DNA from: an uncultured Chloroflexia bacterium
Lineage (GTDB): Bacteria > Chloroflexota > Dehalococcoidia > DSTF01 > JALHUB01
NCBI GenBank assembly: GCA_963703345.1
Contig: OY969814.1
Location: 448,001 to 512,000 of the forward strand
DNA: 64,000 nucleotides
Direction: 5' to 3'
Below, in pieces: positions 9,759-19,293 of this stretch (positions are counted from its first letter, which is position 1; every line of letters begins with the position of its first letter). Made by a program: the position numbers and the translations under genes. The notes below the pieces were generated by a model, which worked only from the letters and a program-made list of their open reading frames with translations, had not been told where the DNA came from and ran no database searches.

Positions 9759-10805
9759 GTGAAGATCGTCTCCGTCGTGGGGGCGCGACCCCAGTTCATC
9801 AAGGCCGCCGCGGTCTCGCGCGTTCTGCGCCGCCATCACGAGGAGATACTCGTCCACACCGGCCAGCACTACGACCCGCTGCTCTCCGACGTCTTCTTCG
9901 CCGAGCTCGACCTGCCCGCGCCGGACCATCACCTCGGCGTCGGCTCCGACAGCCACGCCCGCCAGACCGCGCGCATGCTGGAAGGCGTCGAGGAAGTGCT
10001 CCTCGCCGAGCGGCCCGACCGCGTACTCGTCTACGGCGACACGAACTCGACTCTTTCCGGCGCGCTGGCCGCCGCTAAGCTTGGCTTACCGCTCGCTCAC
10101 GTCGAGGCCGGCCTGCGCAGCTACGACCGCTCGATGCCGGAGGAGCTGAACCGCGTCCTCACCGACCACTGCGCCGACCTCCTCTTCTGCCCCAGCGCCG
10201 TCGCCGTCGACAACCTGGCGCGCGAGGGGATCAGCGCCGGCGTCCACCTCGTGGGCGACGTCATGTACGACTCGCTGCTCCGGCAGGTGGAGGCCCTGCA
10301 TGGCGCGTCGCTTTCCCGCTGGGAGCTTGAGGTGGGGCAGTACGCCCTGGCCACCGTTCACCGCGCCGCAAACACCGACGACCCGTCGCGCCTCGGCTCC
10401 ATCCTTGCGGCGCTGGGTCGGCTGGCGGGGACGGTCGTCCTTCCGGTTCATCCGCGCACGCGCAAAGCGATGCTCGATGCTGGCCTGGAGGCGCCGGGCA
10501 ACGTGCGCCTCCTCGACCCGCTGGGCTACCGCGACATGCTTCTCCTGGAGAAGAACGCCCGCTGCGTCCTCACCGACTCCGGCGGCGTCCAGAAAGAGGC
10601 CTTTTTCTTCGCCGTTCCCTGCGTTACTCTGAGGGACGAAACGGAGTGGCCGGAAACCGTCGACTGCGGCTGGAACGTGCTTGCCGGCTGCGACGCGGAG
10701 CGAATCGTCGCGGCCGCGGACCGTCCGCTGCCGGAAGGCAGGCCGCCGCAGCTCTTCGGCGATGGACACGCCGTTGAGCGAATCATTGAGGTCCTGGACA
10801 GTTGA
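9759..10805 (+). CDS. wecB: UDP-N-acetylglucosamine 2-epimerase, non-hydrolysing (WecB/WbpI family)
   Basis: GARPQFIK, HTGQHYD, HVEAGLRS and TDSGGVQKEA motifs. Confidence 0.93.
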   Translation: MKIVSVVGARPQFIKAAAVSRVLRRHHEEILVHTGQHYDPLLSDVFFAELDLPAPDHHLGVGSDSHARQTARMLEGVEEVLLAERPDRVLVYGDTNSTLSGALAAAKLGLPLAHVEAGLRSYDRSMPEELNRVLTDHCADLLFCPSAVAVDNLAREGISAGVHLVGDVMYDSLLRQVEALHGASLSRWELEVGQYALATVHRAANTDDPSRLGSILAALGRLAGTVVLPVHPRTRKAMLDAGLEAPGNVRLLDPLGYRDMLLLEKNARCVLTDSGGVQKEAFFFAVPCVTLRDETEWPETVDCGWNVLAGCDAERIVAAADRPLPEGRPPQLFGDGHAVERIIEVLDS

Positions 10806-11392
10806 TGATCCATCCCACCGCTGACGTCTCGCCCGAGGCGACAATCGGCGCCGGCACGCGCATCTGGAACGACGCTCAGGTCCGCGAGGGCGCCGTCGTC
10901 GGCGAAGAGTGCATCCTCGGCAAGGACGTCTACATCGACAGGGACGTCGTCGTAGGCAATAGGGTGAAGATTGAGAACCACGCCAGCCTCTATCGCGGCG
11001 TCCGGGTCGAGGACGGCGTCTTCATCGGTCCGCACGCCGTCTTCGCCAACGACCGCTATCCTCGCGCCATCAACCGGGAAGGCCGCCTTCTAGACGACGA
11101 CGACTGGCGTCCCAAACCGACGCTGGTCCGTTACGGCGCGTCGGTTGGCGCCGGCTCCGTCATCCTGCCCGGCGTCACTATCGGCCGCTGGGCGATGGTC
11201 GGCGCCGGCTCGCTCGTCACTCGCGACGTGCCCGATCGCGCGCTGGTCATCGGACGGCCGGCGCGGCTGGCCGGCTATGTCTGCGAGTGCGGCCGACCTC
11301 TGGACAGCAACGAATCAGAGGCGGCCGGCTGGCGATGCCCGGCATGCGGCGCCACCTATAGCCTTCCCGCCGACAGGACAAGACAGACGTGA
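10802..11392 (+). CDS. Hexapeptide N-acetyltransferase (WbpD-like) with C-terminal Cys4 ribbon
   Basis: Left-handed beta-helix repeats, VFANDRYPRA and CECG...CPACG. Confidence 0.88.
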   Translation: MMIHPTADVSPEATIGAGTRIWNDAQVREGAVVGEECILGKDVYIDRDVVVGNRVKIENHASLYRGVRVEDGVFIGPHAVFANDRYPRAINREGRLLDDDDWRPKPTLVRYGASVGAGSVILPGVTIGRWAMVGAGSLVTRDVPDRALVIGRPARLAGYVCECGRPLDSNESEAAGWRCPACGATYSLPADRTRQT

Positions 11393-12492
11393 TCCCCATC
11401 GCCAGGCCGCTCATCGGCGACGAAGAGAAGGCCGCCGTCCTGGCCGTCCTCGATTCCGGGCACCTGGCTCAGGGCCCGCGCGTCCGCGAGCTGGAGGAGC
11501 GCTTCGCCGCGATGTGCGGCACGCGGGAGGCCGTCGCCGTCTCCTCCGGCACCTCCGCGCTGATGGTCGCTTTCGCCGTCCAAGGCATCGGCTCCGGCGA
11601 CGAAGTCATCACGACACCCTTCACCTTCGCCGCGACCGCCAACGCCGTCCTGTTCACCGGCGCCCGCCCCGTCTTCGTCGACGTGCGCGACGACTTCAAC
11701 ATCGACCCCTCGCTCATCGAGGCGGCGATAACGCCGCGGACGCGCGCGGTACTGCCCGTCCACCTCTACGGCCAGCCCTGCGACATGGCCGCGATCGAGG
11801 TTGTCGCCCGGAAGCACAGCCTCCTCATCGTCGAGGACGCCTGCCAGGCGCACGGCGCGAGCGTCGGCGGCAGGATGGCCGGCAGCTTCGGCACCGGCTG
11901 CTTCTCCTTCTACGCGACGAAAAACATGACGACCGGGGAAGGCGGCATGATAACGACGGACGATTCCGCCATCGCCGAGAAGGCGCGCCGCTTCCGCAAC
12001 CACGGCGAGAGGTCGCGCTACGTCTCCGAAACCCTGGGCTACAACTTCCGCATGAGCGACATCCTGGCCGCCATCGGCCTCGTGCAGCTCGAAAAGCTGG
12101 CAGCGCGGAACGAGCAGCGGCGGGCCAACGCCGCCTTCCTCTCCGAACGCCTCCGGGGTGTCGTCCCTCCGCGCGAATTGCCCGGCCGGCGCCACGTCTT
12201 CCACCATTACACCGTCCGCGTCCCCTCGACCGACGGCACGGCCTCCGCCCGCGATGCCCTGGCGGCGGGGCTGGCCGAAATGGGCATCGAGACCGGCGTC
12301 TACTATCCGACGCCCGTTCACCGGCAGCCTTTGTACCGCAATTTGGGCTATCGCGACGAGCTTCCCGTGGCCGAACGGCTCAGCCGCGAGGTCCTCTCTC
12401 TGCCGGTGCACCCGGCGCTCAGCCGCGACGACCTGGGGGCCATCGTCAGCGCTGTCAACGAGGTAACCGCGGCGGCGGGAGGCGGCTCGTGA
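11389..12492 (+). CDS. DegT-family aminotransferase (WbpE-like)
   Basis: SSGTSAL, EDACQAHGA and SFYATKNMTTGEGG motifs. Confidence 0.92.
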   Translation: MIPIARPLIGDEEKAAVLAVLDSGHLAQGPRVRELEERFAAMCGTREAVAVSSGTSALMVAFAVQGIGSGDEVITTPFTFAATANAVLFTGARPVFVDVRDDFNIDPSLIEAAITPRTRAVLPVHLYGQPCDMAAIEVVARKHSLLIVEDACQAHGASVGGRMAGSFGTGCFSFYATKNMTTGEGGMITTDDSAIAEKARRFRNHGERSRYVSETLGYNFRMSDILAAIGLVQLEKLAARNEQRRANAAFLSERLRGVVPPRELPGRRHVFHHYTVRVPSTDGTASARDALAAGLAEMGIETGVYYPTPVHRQPLYRNLGYRDELPVAERLSREVLSLPVHPALSRDDLGAIVSAVNEVTAAAGGGS

Positions 12493-13484
12493 CGGCGGCA
12501 AACGGGAAGCGCAAGCTCCGCGCCGGTGTCATCGGCTTCGGTTCGATGGGAGCGAACCACGCCCGCGTCTACGCCGAGATGGAAGGCGTGGAGCTGGCTG
12601 CCGTCGCCGACGTGTCACCCGAACGTCTAGCGCGGGCCGCGACCGCCGCGACAATCTATGACGACTACCGCCGAATGCTCGCCGAAGAGCGCCTCGACCT
12701 CGTTTCCGTCTGCGTCCCGACGCTGCTGCACCACGAGGTCGCGCTCGCGACGATTCGAAGCGGCATCGCCCTGCTCGTCGAGAAGCCGATAGCGGCGACG
12801 CTGGAAGAGGGGCGGAACATGGCGCGGGCGGCGCGAGAGGCGGGCGTCCCGCTGATGGTCGGCCACGTCGAGCGCTTCAACCCCGCGGTGCTGGAGGTCA
12901 AGCGCCTGCTAGCCGCGGGCCGGCTCGGGCGCGTCTTCCAGGTGTACGCCCGTCGCACCGGCCCCTTCCCGCAGCGCGTCCGCGACGTAGGCGTCGTCCA
13001 CGACCTGGCGCCGCACGACATCGACATCATGTCTTTCCTGCTGGAATCGCCGGTGGAGCGGGTCTACGCGGAGACCTTGCGCGGCATAAGCACCGAGCAT
13101 GAGGACCTACTCTCCGGCGTCTTGCGCTTTCTCAGCGGCGTCATTGGCATCCTCGACGTCAACTGGCTAACGCCGCTGAAGGTCCGGCAACTGGCGGTCC
13201 TGGGCGAAAAAGGCCAGCTCCAGGCCGACTACCTCTCGCAGGAGGTGCGCTTCCATCCGAAGGAAGGCGAGGCTGCAAGAGCCGCGTCGCCGGAGCTGGT
13301 CCGGGTCGAAAACAAGGAGCCGTTGCGTCTGGAGATGGAGGCGTTCGTGGAGGCCGTGCGCAGCGGCCGCGAACCGCCGGTCACGGCCGAGGACGGCCTG
13401 TCGGCGCTGGAGATCGCCTCGCTGCTCGTGGAATCGGCGCGCCGGGGCGAGGTGATGACGTTGGAACCGCGGAGAGCCGGCTGA
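12489..13484 (+). CDS. Gfo/Idh/MocA oxidoreductase (WbpB-like)
   Basis: GFGSMG, EKP, GHVERFNPA and DLAPHDID motifs. GTG start overlaps the upstream TGA. Confidence 0.9.
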   Translation: MTAANGKRKLRAGVIGFGSMGANHARVYAEMEGVELAAVADVSPERLARAATAATIYDDYRRMLAEERLDLVSVCVPTLLHHEVALATIRSGIALLVEKPIAATLEEGRNMARAAREAGVPLMVGHVERFNPAVLEVKRLLAAGRLGRVFQVYARRTGPFPQRVRDVGVVHDLAPHDIDIMSFLLESPVERVYAETLRGISTEHEDLLSGVLRFLSGVIGILDVNWLTPLKVRQLAVLGEKGQLQADYLSQEVRFHPKEGEAARAASPELVRVENKEPLRLEMEAFVEAVRSGREPPVTAEDGLSALEIASLLVESARRGEVMTLEPRRAG

Positions 13485-14755
13485 TGGGCGAGTTTTCGGT
13501 GTGCGTTATCGGGCTGGGCAGGATTGGCCTGCCGCTCGCCGTCCAGTGTGCTTCGAAAGGGATGCGCGTGACCGGTGCCGACATTGACGCCGCCCTTGTC
13601 GAGAAGATCGACGCCGGCGTCTGTCCCTATCCGGACGAGGCCGGCCTCGCGGAGGCGATGCGGTCCGCTCACGAAGCGAGCCGCCTGAGCGCGACGACCG
13701 ATACGACGGAGGCGGTGCGCCGGAGCAACTTCGTCGTCATCGTCGTGCCGGTGGGCCTCACGGTAGAGAAGCATGCCGACTTCGCCGCCCTCGACGCTGC
13801 TGCCCGGGCTGTTTCCGCCGGCCTTCAGCCGCAGACGCTGGTCTTGCTGGAGACTACCGTTCCCCTCGGCACGACGCGCCGTCGGCTGGGTGCAGCGCTG
13901 GAGGCGTCCGGCCTGCGGCTCGGGAGCGACCTCTTTCTTACCTACAGCCCGGAGCGGGTCTTCGTCGGCCGCGTCCTTATGGACCTGCGCCGCTACCCCA
14001 AGATCGTCGGCGGCGTGGACGACGAGAGCGCGCGTCGCGGCGTCGCCTTCTACGAGAGCGCCCTCGATGCGCCCGTCCTCAGGCTCGCGAGCTGTGAGGC
14101 GGCAGAGCTCGTGAAGCTGGCCGAGACCACGTACCGCGACGTAAACATCGCCCTCGCCAACGAGTTCGCCCGCATCGCCGATGAGCATGGCGTGGACGTT
14201 ACGGAGGTGATAGCGGCCGCCAACTCGCAGCCGTTCTCACACATCCACCAGCCGGGCGTGGGCGTCGGCGGCCACTGCATCCCCGTCTACCCGCGCTTCC
14301 TGCTTGAAGGCGCAGCGGCAAGGCTGCCGGAGGCGGCGCGCGAGATCAACGACGGCATGGCCGCCTACGCCGTCGAAAAGCTGGCGCAGGCGCTGGGCGG
14401 ACTGAAGGGCAAGACTGTTATAATCCTCGGTCTCTCCTACCGGCCCGACGTGAAAGAAGCCGCGTTCTCCAGCGCTTTCCTCTTGGCGAATGAGCTTACG
14501 GCGCGAGGAGCGCGCGTTCTAGTCCACGATCCGCTTTTCAGCGTCGACGAGGTGCGGGCGCTGGCATTGGAGCCGTCGGAGCCCTTTCCGCCCACGCACG
14601 CCGACGCCGTCATCGTCCAGGCTTTCCACGAGGCATATCGGGAGCTTGACTTTCGCGCCTTCCCCGGCTGTCGGATCGTCCTGGACGGGCGCGATGCGCT
14701 GTCGCGGGAGAGGGTCGAAGCGATGGGGTTGCGCTATCTGGGGATCGGGCGCTAG
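13484..14755 (+). CDS. UDP-N-acetylhexosamine 6-dehydrogenase (WbpA/WecC family)
   Basis: GLGRIG, YSPER, KLAETTYRDVNIALANE and GVGGHCIP motifs. Confidence 0.92.
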   Translation: MGEFSVCVIGLGRIGLPLAVQCASKGMRVTGADIDAALVEKIDAGVCPYPDEAGLAEAMRSAHEASRLSATTDTTEAVRRSNFVVIVVPVGLTVEKHADFAALDAAARAVSAGLQPQTLVLLETTVPLGTTRRRLGAALEASGLRLGSDLFLTYSPERVFVGRVLMDLRRYPKIVGGVDDESARRGVAFYESALDAPVLRLASCEAAELVKLAETTYRDVNIALANEFARIADEHGVDVTEVIAAANSQPFSHIHQPGVGVGGHCIPVYPRFLLEGAAARLPEAAREINDGMAAYAVEKLAQALGGLKGKTVIILGLSYRPDVKEAAFSSAFLLANELTARGARVLVHDPLFSVDEVRALALEPSEPFPPTHADAVIVQAFHEAYRELDFRAFPGCRIVLDGRDALSRERVEAMGLRYLGIGR

Positions 14756-14851
14756 GCCAATCCGCGAGGATATCAAGAGGTCGCAAAGACGCAGCGACAC
14801 ACGCCACACCGACGCGATTCGTGTTTGCCCTAGACCAGGCGGCTGGAGAAC

Positions 14852-15064
14852 CTACCGGTAGCGGGGAGTGTGCAGCGCGCCGCTAGTAATGGGTTCGTCC
14901 ACATAAAGGTCCCCGTTGCGGATCTTGATGTTGAAGCCGCAATCGGGGTTCGTGCAGGCCCATGCCTTGTAGTGAATAGGTGCGCCCTGACTGCCGAAGT
15001 CAGAAAGTGGCACCAGGTCTCCTGCCTTGCACTTCTGACACTTGGGTAATACCGGGATGTCCAC
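14852..15064 (-). CDS. Small Cys4 (CxxC...CxxxxC) putative zinc-ribbon protein, 70 aa
   Basis: GGAGGTGG SD before GTG, own promoter, CQKC and CTNPDC. Confidence 0.75.
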   Translation of the reverse strand: MDIPVLPKCQKCKAGDLVPLSDFGSQGAPIHYKAWACTNPDCGFNIKIRNGDLYVDEPITSGALHTPRYR

Positions 15065-15175
15065 GAACCACCTCCCCAGCCAGCATCGCCCTTGCCACCC
15101 ACCTCATGTCCTCTGGCACGGGCGACAGGCGGGCCTTCGCGTCCCCGCCCCCGCGGCAGGTCTTACGATGGCCGG

Positions 15176-15205
15176 AGTATAGCAGAGCAGATCGCAATTT
15201 GGCAA
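15176..15205 (-). promoter_or_regulatory. Promoter of the Cys4 gene
   Basis: TTGCCA-N18-TATACT with extended -10 TG. Confidence 0.55.
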
Positions 15206-15416
15206 CAGTTTCCCATGCGGCGGTATTTAGGAAGGGCATCTTTTTCGCCAAATCCGGTCGTGACAGCACGCGAGATCGGCGTCGGTGTTCAGACTCCTGT
15301 TAGCACTCTCTTAACAATTCCTTGTTGCTGGTTTATCCCTTTCGGCCCGATAATCTAAACACGTGGCAGGCATGCCTTCGCCTGATTGCGCGTGCCTACC
15401 CCTCTATTTAACGCTG

Positions 15417-15445
15417 TTGATAGTGTACAATTGTTGCGATAGGTT
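15417..15445 (+). promoter_or_regulatory. Putative leaderless promoter of the response regulator
   Basis: TTGATA-N17-TAGGTT ending 6 nt before ATG 15452. No SD. Confidence 0.45.
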
Positions 15446-15451
15446 GTAAGC

Positions 15452-16150
15452 ATGCCATCACGCGTCTTGGTCGTCGACGACGAACGCAACATCGTCCAAC
15501 TCGTGCGCCTCTACCTGAGCAAGGAGGGGTTCGACGTCGACAGCGCCTTCGACGGCAAGCAGGCCCTCGACAAGGTCCACAGCCATCGCCCGGACATTAT
15601 CGTCCTCGACATCATGATGCCGGAGATGGACGGCCTCAGCGTTTGCCGGGAGCTGCGCAAGACCAGCAACGTGCCAATCATTATCCTTACGGCCCGCACC
15701 GACGACGTCGACAAGGTCGTCGGGCTGGAGCTGGGTGCCGACGACTACGTGACGAAGCCCTTCAACCCGCGCGAGCTCGTCGCCCGCGTCAAGGCCGTTC
15801 TCCGTCGCAGCCAGGGCGCCGCTGAGCCCGCTCTCGTCCTGGAATCCGGCGACGTGCGCCTCGATGTCCCCCGCCGTGAGGCGACGCTCAAGGGCGAGCC
15901 GCTCAATTTGCGCGCCAAGGAGTTCGACCTGCTTGCCGCTTTCATGCAAAACGAAGGCCTCGTGATGGACCGCGAGAGGCTGATCCAGCGCGTATGGGGC
16001 CACGACTTCTACGGCGACAGCCGGACGATAGACGTGCACGTCGCCTGGCTCAGAGAGAAGCTTGCCGGCTCCAGCGTACAGATCCAGACGGTCTGGGGTA
16101 TTGGCTACAAGCTCGTGGTGACATCAGATGTTGGCGAGCCTCAGAAGTAA
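15452..16150 (+). CDS. OmpR/PhoB-family response regulator
   Basis: VVDDE, LDIMMP, GADDYVTKPF and winged helix RTIDVHV...TVWGIGY. Confidence 0.95.
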   Translation: MPSRVLVVDDERNIVQLVRLYLSKEGFDVDSAFDGKQALDKVHSHRPDIIVLDIMMPEMDGLSVCRELRKTSNVPIIILTARTDDVDKVVGLELGADDYVTKPFNPRELVARVKAVLRRSQGAAEPALVLESGDVRLDVPRREATLKGEPLNLRAKEFDLLAAFMQNEGLVMDRERLIQRVWGHDFYGDSRTIDVHVAWLREKLAGSSVQIQTVWGIGYKLVVTSDVGEPQK

Positions 16151-17582
16151 ACTCATCCTGGCGTTTGCCGCCGTCATCTTCCTTTGCCTCCTGTCGGCGG
16201 GCAGCGCCTTCGTGCTCTTCCTTCGCAATCATGAGACCGAGCAAGCGCGGGAGAAAGTCGGCCGTCTGGCGCAGCCTATCGCCCTGCGCGTGACCTACCT
16301 TGAGTGGAACGGCCTCTCGCCGGAAGATATGCGGCCCTACCTCCAGGACTACGCCTCCAGCGTCGACGTCCGCATCCTGCTGGTCGACAAGGTGACCTCG
16401 AGCGTCCTCGTCGACACCGAACAGCGGCTGGAGGGTCAAACGGTGCAGCCGCTGGAAACTTCCGGCGGCAACGAGCGCGTGGGCCCGATCTGGGTCCGAC
16501 AGGTGAAATTCGACGCCGGCGGTGAACACCTTCTCCTCTACACGCCGCTCGATAGCGTAACCACGCAGCCGCCGAGCGCCGAGCTCCTCAGTCGCTATCG
16601 CGCGGTGGTGGCCGTCCCCGAAGCGACGATCAACTCCGCCTGGCGCGATGTCTTTCCCGGCGTCGGTATCGCCGGCGGAATAGCGCTTCTCATCTCGGTG
16701 GTAATCGCATTCATCCTCTCCCGCTCCATCTCCGGCCCCCTCGACGAGATCACCCGCGCTTCCGAGGAGATGGCGTGCGGCAACTTCGACCAGCAGATCG
16801 CCGTGCGCGGCCGCGACGAGGTCGCCCGCCTGGCGACGGCCTTCAACGCTATGGCCCGGGAGGTCAACCAATCGCAGGCGACGCTGCGTCAGTTCCTCGC
16901 AGACGCCTCCCACGAGCTGCGTACGCCGCTCACGTCCATTCAAGGCTTCAGCCAGGCCATGGCGGAGGGCGCCATCGATCAGCCGGCGGAGATGTCGGAT
17001 TCGGCTCGCATAATAAACGAGGAGACGCAGCGAATGCGCGCCCTCGTCGACGATCTTCTCTACCTGTCGCAGATCGAAGGCGGGCAGGCCAGGATACAGC
17101 CCGAGCCGCTGAAGCTGGACAACCTCCTGCGCGACTGCGTCGAGCGATTTCAGCGGCGGGCGCAGGAGAAGGGTCTTCAGGTCAAGACCGACCTGCCGCC
17201 GCTTCCTCCGCTGCAGGGCGACGTGCGCCGCCTGGAGCGCGTCTTCTCCAACCTGCTCGACAACGCCATCAGGCACACGCCGAAAGAGGGCGCCATAACC
17301 GTCGCCGCGGAAGCCGCCAACGGCAGCGTGCGCGTCGGCATCCACAACACCGGCTCCTGGATACCGCCGGAACATCTGCCCCACGTTTGCGAGCGCTTCT
17401 ACCAGGTCAACAAGTCGACGAACGACGAGGGGCACACCGGCCTCGGCCTGGCGATCGCCTCCGAAGTCGTCCACGAGCACGGCGGCACGCTGTCGGCGCA
17501 GAGCTCGCAGCGCGACGGGACGGAGTTCAGCGTAACCCTGCCGCTGACAGGCCCATCTCCGGCGTCACCGACTCCAGCCTAG
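16128..17582 (+). CDS. Sensor histidine kinase (2 TM, HAMP, HisKA, HATPase)
   Basis: ASHELRTPL, NLLDNAI and GLGLAI motifs. Confidence 0.95.
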   Translation: MLASLRSKLILAFAAVIFLCLLSAGSAFVLFLRNHETEQAREKVGRLAQPIALRVTYLEWNGLSPEDMRPYLQDYASSVDVRILLVDKVTSSVLVDTEQRLEGQTVQPLETSGGNERVGPIWVRQVKFDAGGEHLLLYTPLDSVTTQPPSAELLSRYRAVVAVPEATINSAWRDVFPGVGIAGGIALLISVVIAFILSRSISGPLDEITRASEEMACGNFDQQIAVRGRDEVARLATAFNAMAREVNQSQATLRQFLADASHELRTPLTSIQGFSQAMAEGAIDQPAEMSDSARIINEETQRMRALVDDLLYLSQIEGGQARIQPEPLKLDNLLRDCVERFQRRAQEKGLQVKTDLPPLPPLQGDVRRLERVFSNLLDNAIRHTPKEGAITVAAEAANGSVRVGIHNTGSWIPPEHLPHVCERFYQVNKSTNDEGHTGLGLAIASEVVHEHGGTLSAQSSQRDGTEFSVTLPLTGPSPASPTPA

Positions 17583-17696
17583 CCGCCGCAATCCGGCACG
17601 GGACTTGACCGGTTCCGCCTTGACTGGCATTCTGGTGACGAATTCCAATTCTTCCATCTGACTTGATCGGACCCAATTTGCGGAGGAAAGGCTACC

Positions 17697-19253
17697 ATGA
17701 TTGTCACCAGCTACTGGCCCAGTCAGGCGCCCTACGAGGAGATACCGCTCTACGAGTTGCTTAGGCGAACGGCGAGCACACAGGGCGGCAAAACGGGCGT
17801 GATAGGGGCGGATGGTACTACCCGCACCTACGAGCGCATCTGGAGCGACGCCCGCAAGGTGGCGCGCCTCCTTCAGGACAACGGCATCCAGAAGGGCGAC
17901 AAGGTCGGCATCTTCTCACCCAACCATATCGATTTCCCCGCCGTGTTCTTCGGCTCGCTCCTCGCCGGCGCAACCGTCACCACGCTCAACCCGTTGTATA
18001 CGCCGCATGAGATTGAGCACCAGCTCTTGGACGCCGAAGCGGTGATCCTGTTCGCCTTCTCGTTTATGAGGCCCGCTGCCGAGGAGGCCCGCAAGAACCT
18101 CCCTCTGCTCCGCGACATCTTCACCATCGACGCGCTGCCAGGGCTCCTGGAGGGCGTGTCCGAAGAGTACCGTCCGGTAACCATTAACCCCCGAGAGGAC
18201 GTCGCGGCCCTCCCCTATTCCAGCGGCACAACCGGTCTCCCCAAGGGGGTCATGCTCACACACTACAATATCACCTGCGATGTCAAGCAAGGGCACGGGA
18301 CGAGGGAGATACCGCCGGACATGATAGGCCTCTGGTTGCTCCCCTTGTTTCACATCTATGGGATGACCGTGCTCATGAGCAGTGGCATCGCGAGCGCCAA
18401 CACGGGCGTTGTTATGTTGCGCTTCGACGTCGAGCAGATGATGCAGCTCATCGAGAGGTACCGGATCACCGACCTCTATCTCGCCCCGCCGGCGATACTA
18501 GCGATGGTCAACCTGCCGGATCCTTCCCGCTACGACACGTCGTCGCTGCGGCTCATCAGCTCAGGGGCGGCGCCGCTGGCGCTGGAGCTGGGCGAGCGGG
18601 CGAAGGCGATGTTCAAGTGCATCGTCTCGCAAGGGTATGGCATGACGGAGACTAGCCCCACGGTCAACACCCAGCCGTTCGAAAAGATAAAGCTGGAGTC
18701 GGTCGGTCCGCCCTTCCCGGACACTCTGGAGAAGATCGTTAGCCTGGATAGCGGCGAAGAGCTGCCCGTCGGCGGCGTCGGCGAGCTGATGGTGAAGGGT
18801 CCGCAGGTCATGAAGGGCTACTGGAACAACCCGAAGGAGACGGCGGACTGCCTGACGGACGACGGCTGGCTGCACACCGGCGACATCGCCCGCTTCGACG
18901 AGGACGGTTATCTGTACCTCATCGAGCGGAAGAAAGAGATGATCAAATACAAGGGCTATCAAGTAGCGCCGGCGGAGTTGGAGGCATTGCTCTACCAGCA
19001 TCCCGCGGTGCTTGACGCGGCGGTTATACCGAAGCCGGACGAGGCGGGCGGTGAGATACCGAAAGCGTGCGTCGTGCTAAGGCCGGAGAAACAGGCGAGC
19101 GCCGAAGAGCTGATGGCGTTCATCGCTGGGAAAGTGGCGCCGTACAAGAAGATCCGCGAAGTTGAGTTCATGGACGCCATACCGAAGACGCTATCGGGCA
19201 AGATACTGCGTCGCGACCTGATCCAGCGGGAGAAAGAGCGCCTGGCCAAGTAG
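17697..19253 (+). CDS. Acyl-CoA ligase (4-coumarate-CoA ligase-like), copy 1
   Basis: YSSGTTGLPKG, GYGMTE, WLHTGD and GKILRR motifs. Confidence 0.93.
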   Translation: MIVTSYWPSQAPYEEIPLYELLRRTASTQGGKTGVIGADGTTRTYERIWSDARKVARLLQDNGIQKGDKVGIFSPNHIDFPAVFFGSLLAGATVTTLNPLYTPHEIEHQLLDAEAVILFAFSFMRPAAEEARKNLPLLRDIFTIDALPGLLEGVSEEYRPVTINPREDVAALPYSSGTTGLPKGVMLTHYNITCDVKQGHGTREIPPDMIGLWLLPLFHIYGMTVLMSSGIASANTGVVMLRFDVEQMMQLIERYRITDLYLAPPAILAMVNLPDPSRYDTSSLRLISSGAAPLALELGERAKAMFKCIVSQGYGMTETSPTVNTQPFEKIKLESVGPPFPDTLEKIVSLDSGEELPVGGVGELMVKGPQVMKGYWNNPKETADCLTDDGWLHTGDIARFDEDGYLYLIERKKEMIKYKGYQVAPAELEALLYQHPAVLDAAVIPKPDEAGGEIPKACVVLRPEKQASAEELMAFIAGKVAPYKKIREVEFMDAIPKTLSGKILRRDLIQREKERLAK

Positions 19254-19293
19254 GGGAGGTTCGCGTCCTCGATGAGTGGAGGGAGGTGACGGC

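Noticed and set aside
11145-12488. Apparent 779-aa fusion ORF ahead of the Gfo/Idh/MocA gene
   Set aside because: The N-terminal part is an off-frame read of the aminotransferase. The real start is GTG 12489.
15300-15326. CIRCE half-site TTAGCACTC upstream of the response regulator
   Set aside because: The right arm GAGTGCTAA is absent after the 9-nt spacer.
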